Assembly (NCBI GenBank): GCA_977030845.1
Contig: OZ365112.1
Location: forward strand, 24,800,001-24,864,000
Reading direction: 5' to 3'
Length of the DNA: 64,000 nt
Origin: Fimbriosthenelais zetlandica
Lineage: Eukaryota
This document shows positions 62,475 through 64,000 of this stretch, one piece after another. The notes under the pieces were generated by a model that did not search any database, was not told where the DNA came from, and was given only the letters and a program-made list of their open reading frames with translations. How positions within the stretch are numbered: the stretch's first letter is position 1; each line of letters starts with the position of its first letter. Made by a program: the position numbers and the translations under genes.

Positions 62475-64000
62475 CGAAATAAAAGAGAGAGAAAGAAAGA
62501 AAAATATGACAGAGAAGATAGAAGTTAAGGACAATAACTGAAATAATTTTTAGGTATTTTAGGTCGAATCATTTGCGATTTACCTAATATCAATATAAAT
62601 ACTTTAATCATTCGATTGTATATATAGGTCCTAGGTCATAAACTTATGACAAAATTGTGAGAATTACTCACAATATTACTATGAAAATGTAAATAGAAAA
62701 TGTCGATTTAGCGCGTGCTAAACCCACATATTAAAAGCAAAATATGACATCTGTTGAAGTATAGCATCTGTAGCTGTCAGTCCGAGTGACTAATTGCATA
62801 CACATGTGAATGGAATAAGAAGCATGTCGAGCAATAGAAAGGTAACATGTGTATTTGTAGCAATGCACCATAATCACTATAACGTCTACAACGTTACTAC
62901 AGTGGAGACACCGTGTGGAGGAGTTCTAATAACAGGCATAACATACATTTCATTAAAGGTCGATCAGTCACACGTTACTTCATTGATAATAATAGATTAT
63001 ATAGATGACATCGATATTAGACTATCGATGACGCAAAATTTTGCGCAATATCAAATTGCGACATTGATGATACATGTCGTTATTGGGGAAGGGGGGATCC
63101 TTTCACTAATCCAGAGGTTTATTTCATAAAAAGTTAGATATATCACAATAAAAGGTCCCAAAAATGAGACGTTAACTTGACCATGGTTGCAGGTCCAGCA
63201 TAGCAAGGTGACAGGAAAAGCAAAGTGGACGTATTTGCTTTTCCACGGCAACAAGCTATGATCTTTTATCTCAAACTCTCTGGCTGGAAAATCAGAGAGA
63301 AAGAGGCGTTCTTCGCCAACTTCAAAGGTAAATCTGGGATGGAGGCTTTTCTCTATGATGAATCATCAAAGAGTGTGCCGTGACATGTGAGACGATAATC
63401 TACAATCACCAAGACAACGCTGTGATAAACCAATCACAGAGAAGAACAGCAACGCCAGCCCACTGCTGCGCCCTGTCAGGTCTTGGAGGTACTAGCCTTT
63501 TTCAGTGGCAGCCGTATTCTTTCAGTTCAAGATAGGCAAAAGTGTGTATAGACAAAACATTGTAAATGTAGTCAATTAAGACAGAAAATTTCAGTACAGA
63601 ATAAGGAAATACTTTATATTTCGTTAGTAAAAGAATGGGCAAAATTTAGCTGATAATCCTTTTGTCGCGCGACCAACCAAGTTCAGCCAAGACATTATGT
63701 CAATTGATTTCTCTCCGCAATACTAATATTTTCTACCTGTTTTTCGAGTGTACTTATATAGGTATTTTGGGGCCCATTTGGCACATGATAATGGGACATA
63801 ATTAAAGTGCTATTGATGACTAAATATACAGTTTGTCTGCAATATAAGCCGTCATAAAGGACTTCTCCTATTTCAAGTCCCAATTGGAAAAGGGTTCCTA
63901 AATCTGATTCGCTCTAAGACGATGGTTATCTGAAAGGCGGTGACAAGTATTTTTAAAGTGAAGAAATGAAATTTCCGATTAAAATCTTGACCACTGAGGG

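Overview
Eukaryotic genomic DNA, probably from a marine invertebrate (taxon not determinable from sequence alone). It is intron-rich with no autonomous transposon ORFs. I can support two minus-strand genes in tandem. (1) 1-~7 kb: a gene the ORF track missed because its frame runs off the window edge. Two small exons (6995-6959, 5954-5873) encode a short N-terminus and one transmembrane helix. They splice in frame to a giant exon of at least 5.5 kb (5582 to <=1, 1860 uninterrupted codons). That exon opens with CLPCGRKSKQK and continues as an acidic, Lys-block, repeat-containing disordered tail (>=1900 aa in total). The layout resembles palmitoylated transmembrane adaptors, but I do not recognise the family. 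(2) A PAR-family bZIP transcription factor (CES-2/CG7786-like, HLF/TEF-related). Its bZIP exon is at 20569-20268 and a phase-compatible N-terminal exon is at 56825-56513, separated by a ~36-kb intron. It has a uORF-bearing 5' leader to ~57.8 kb and a 3' UTR of up to ~4.7 kb. The non-coding DNA carries a cluster of PAR-bZIP sites (TTACGTAA x3 within 1 kb) in the factor's own intron, RFX X-boxes, a 13-bp-phased E-box cluster and a recurrent TGACCACT motif. At 13.6-14.8 kb there is a nested repeat: a TA-MITE inside a HINE-like element inside a 34-bp minisatellite. All coordinates and counts come from reading by eye.
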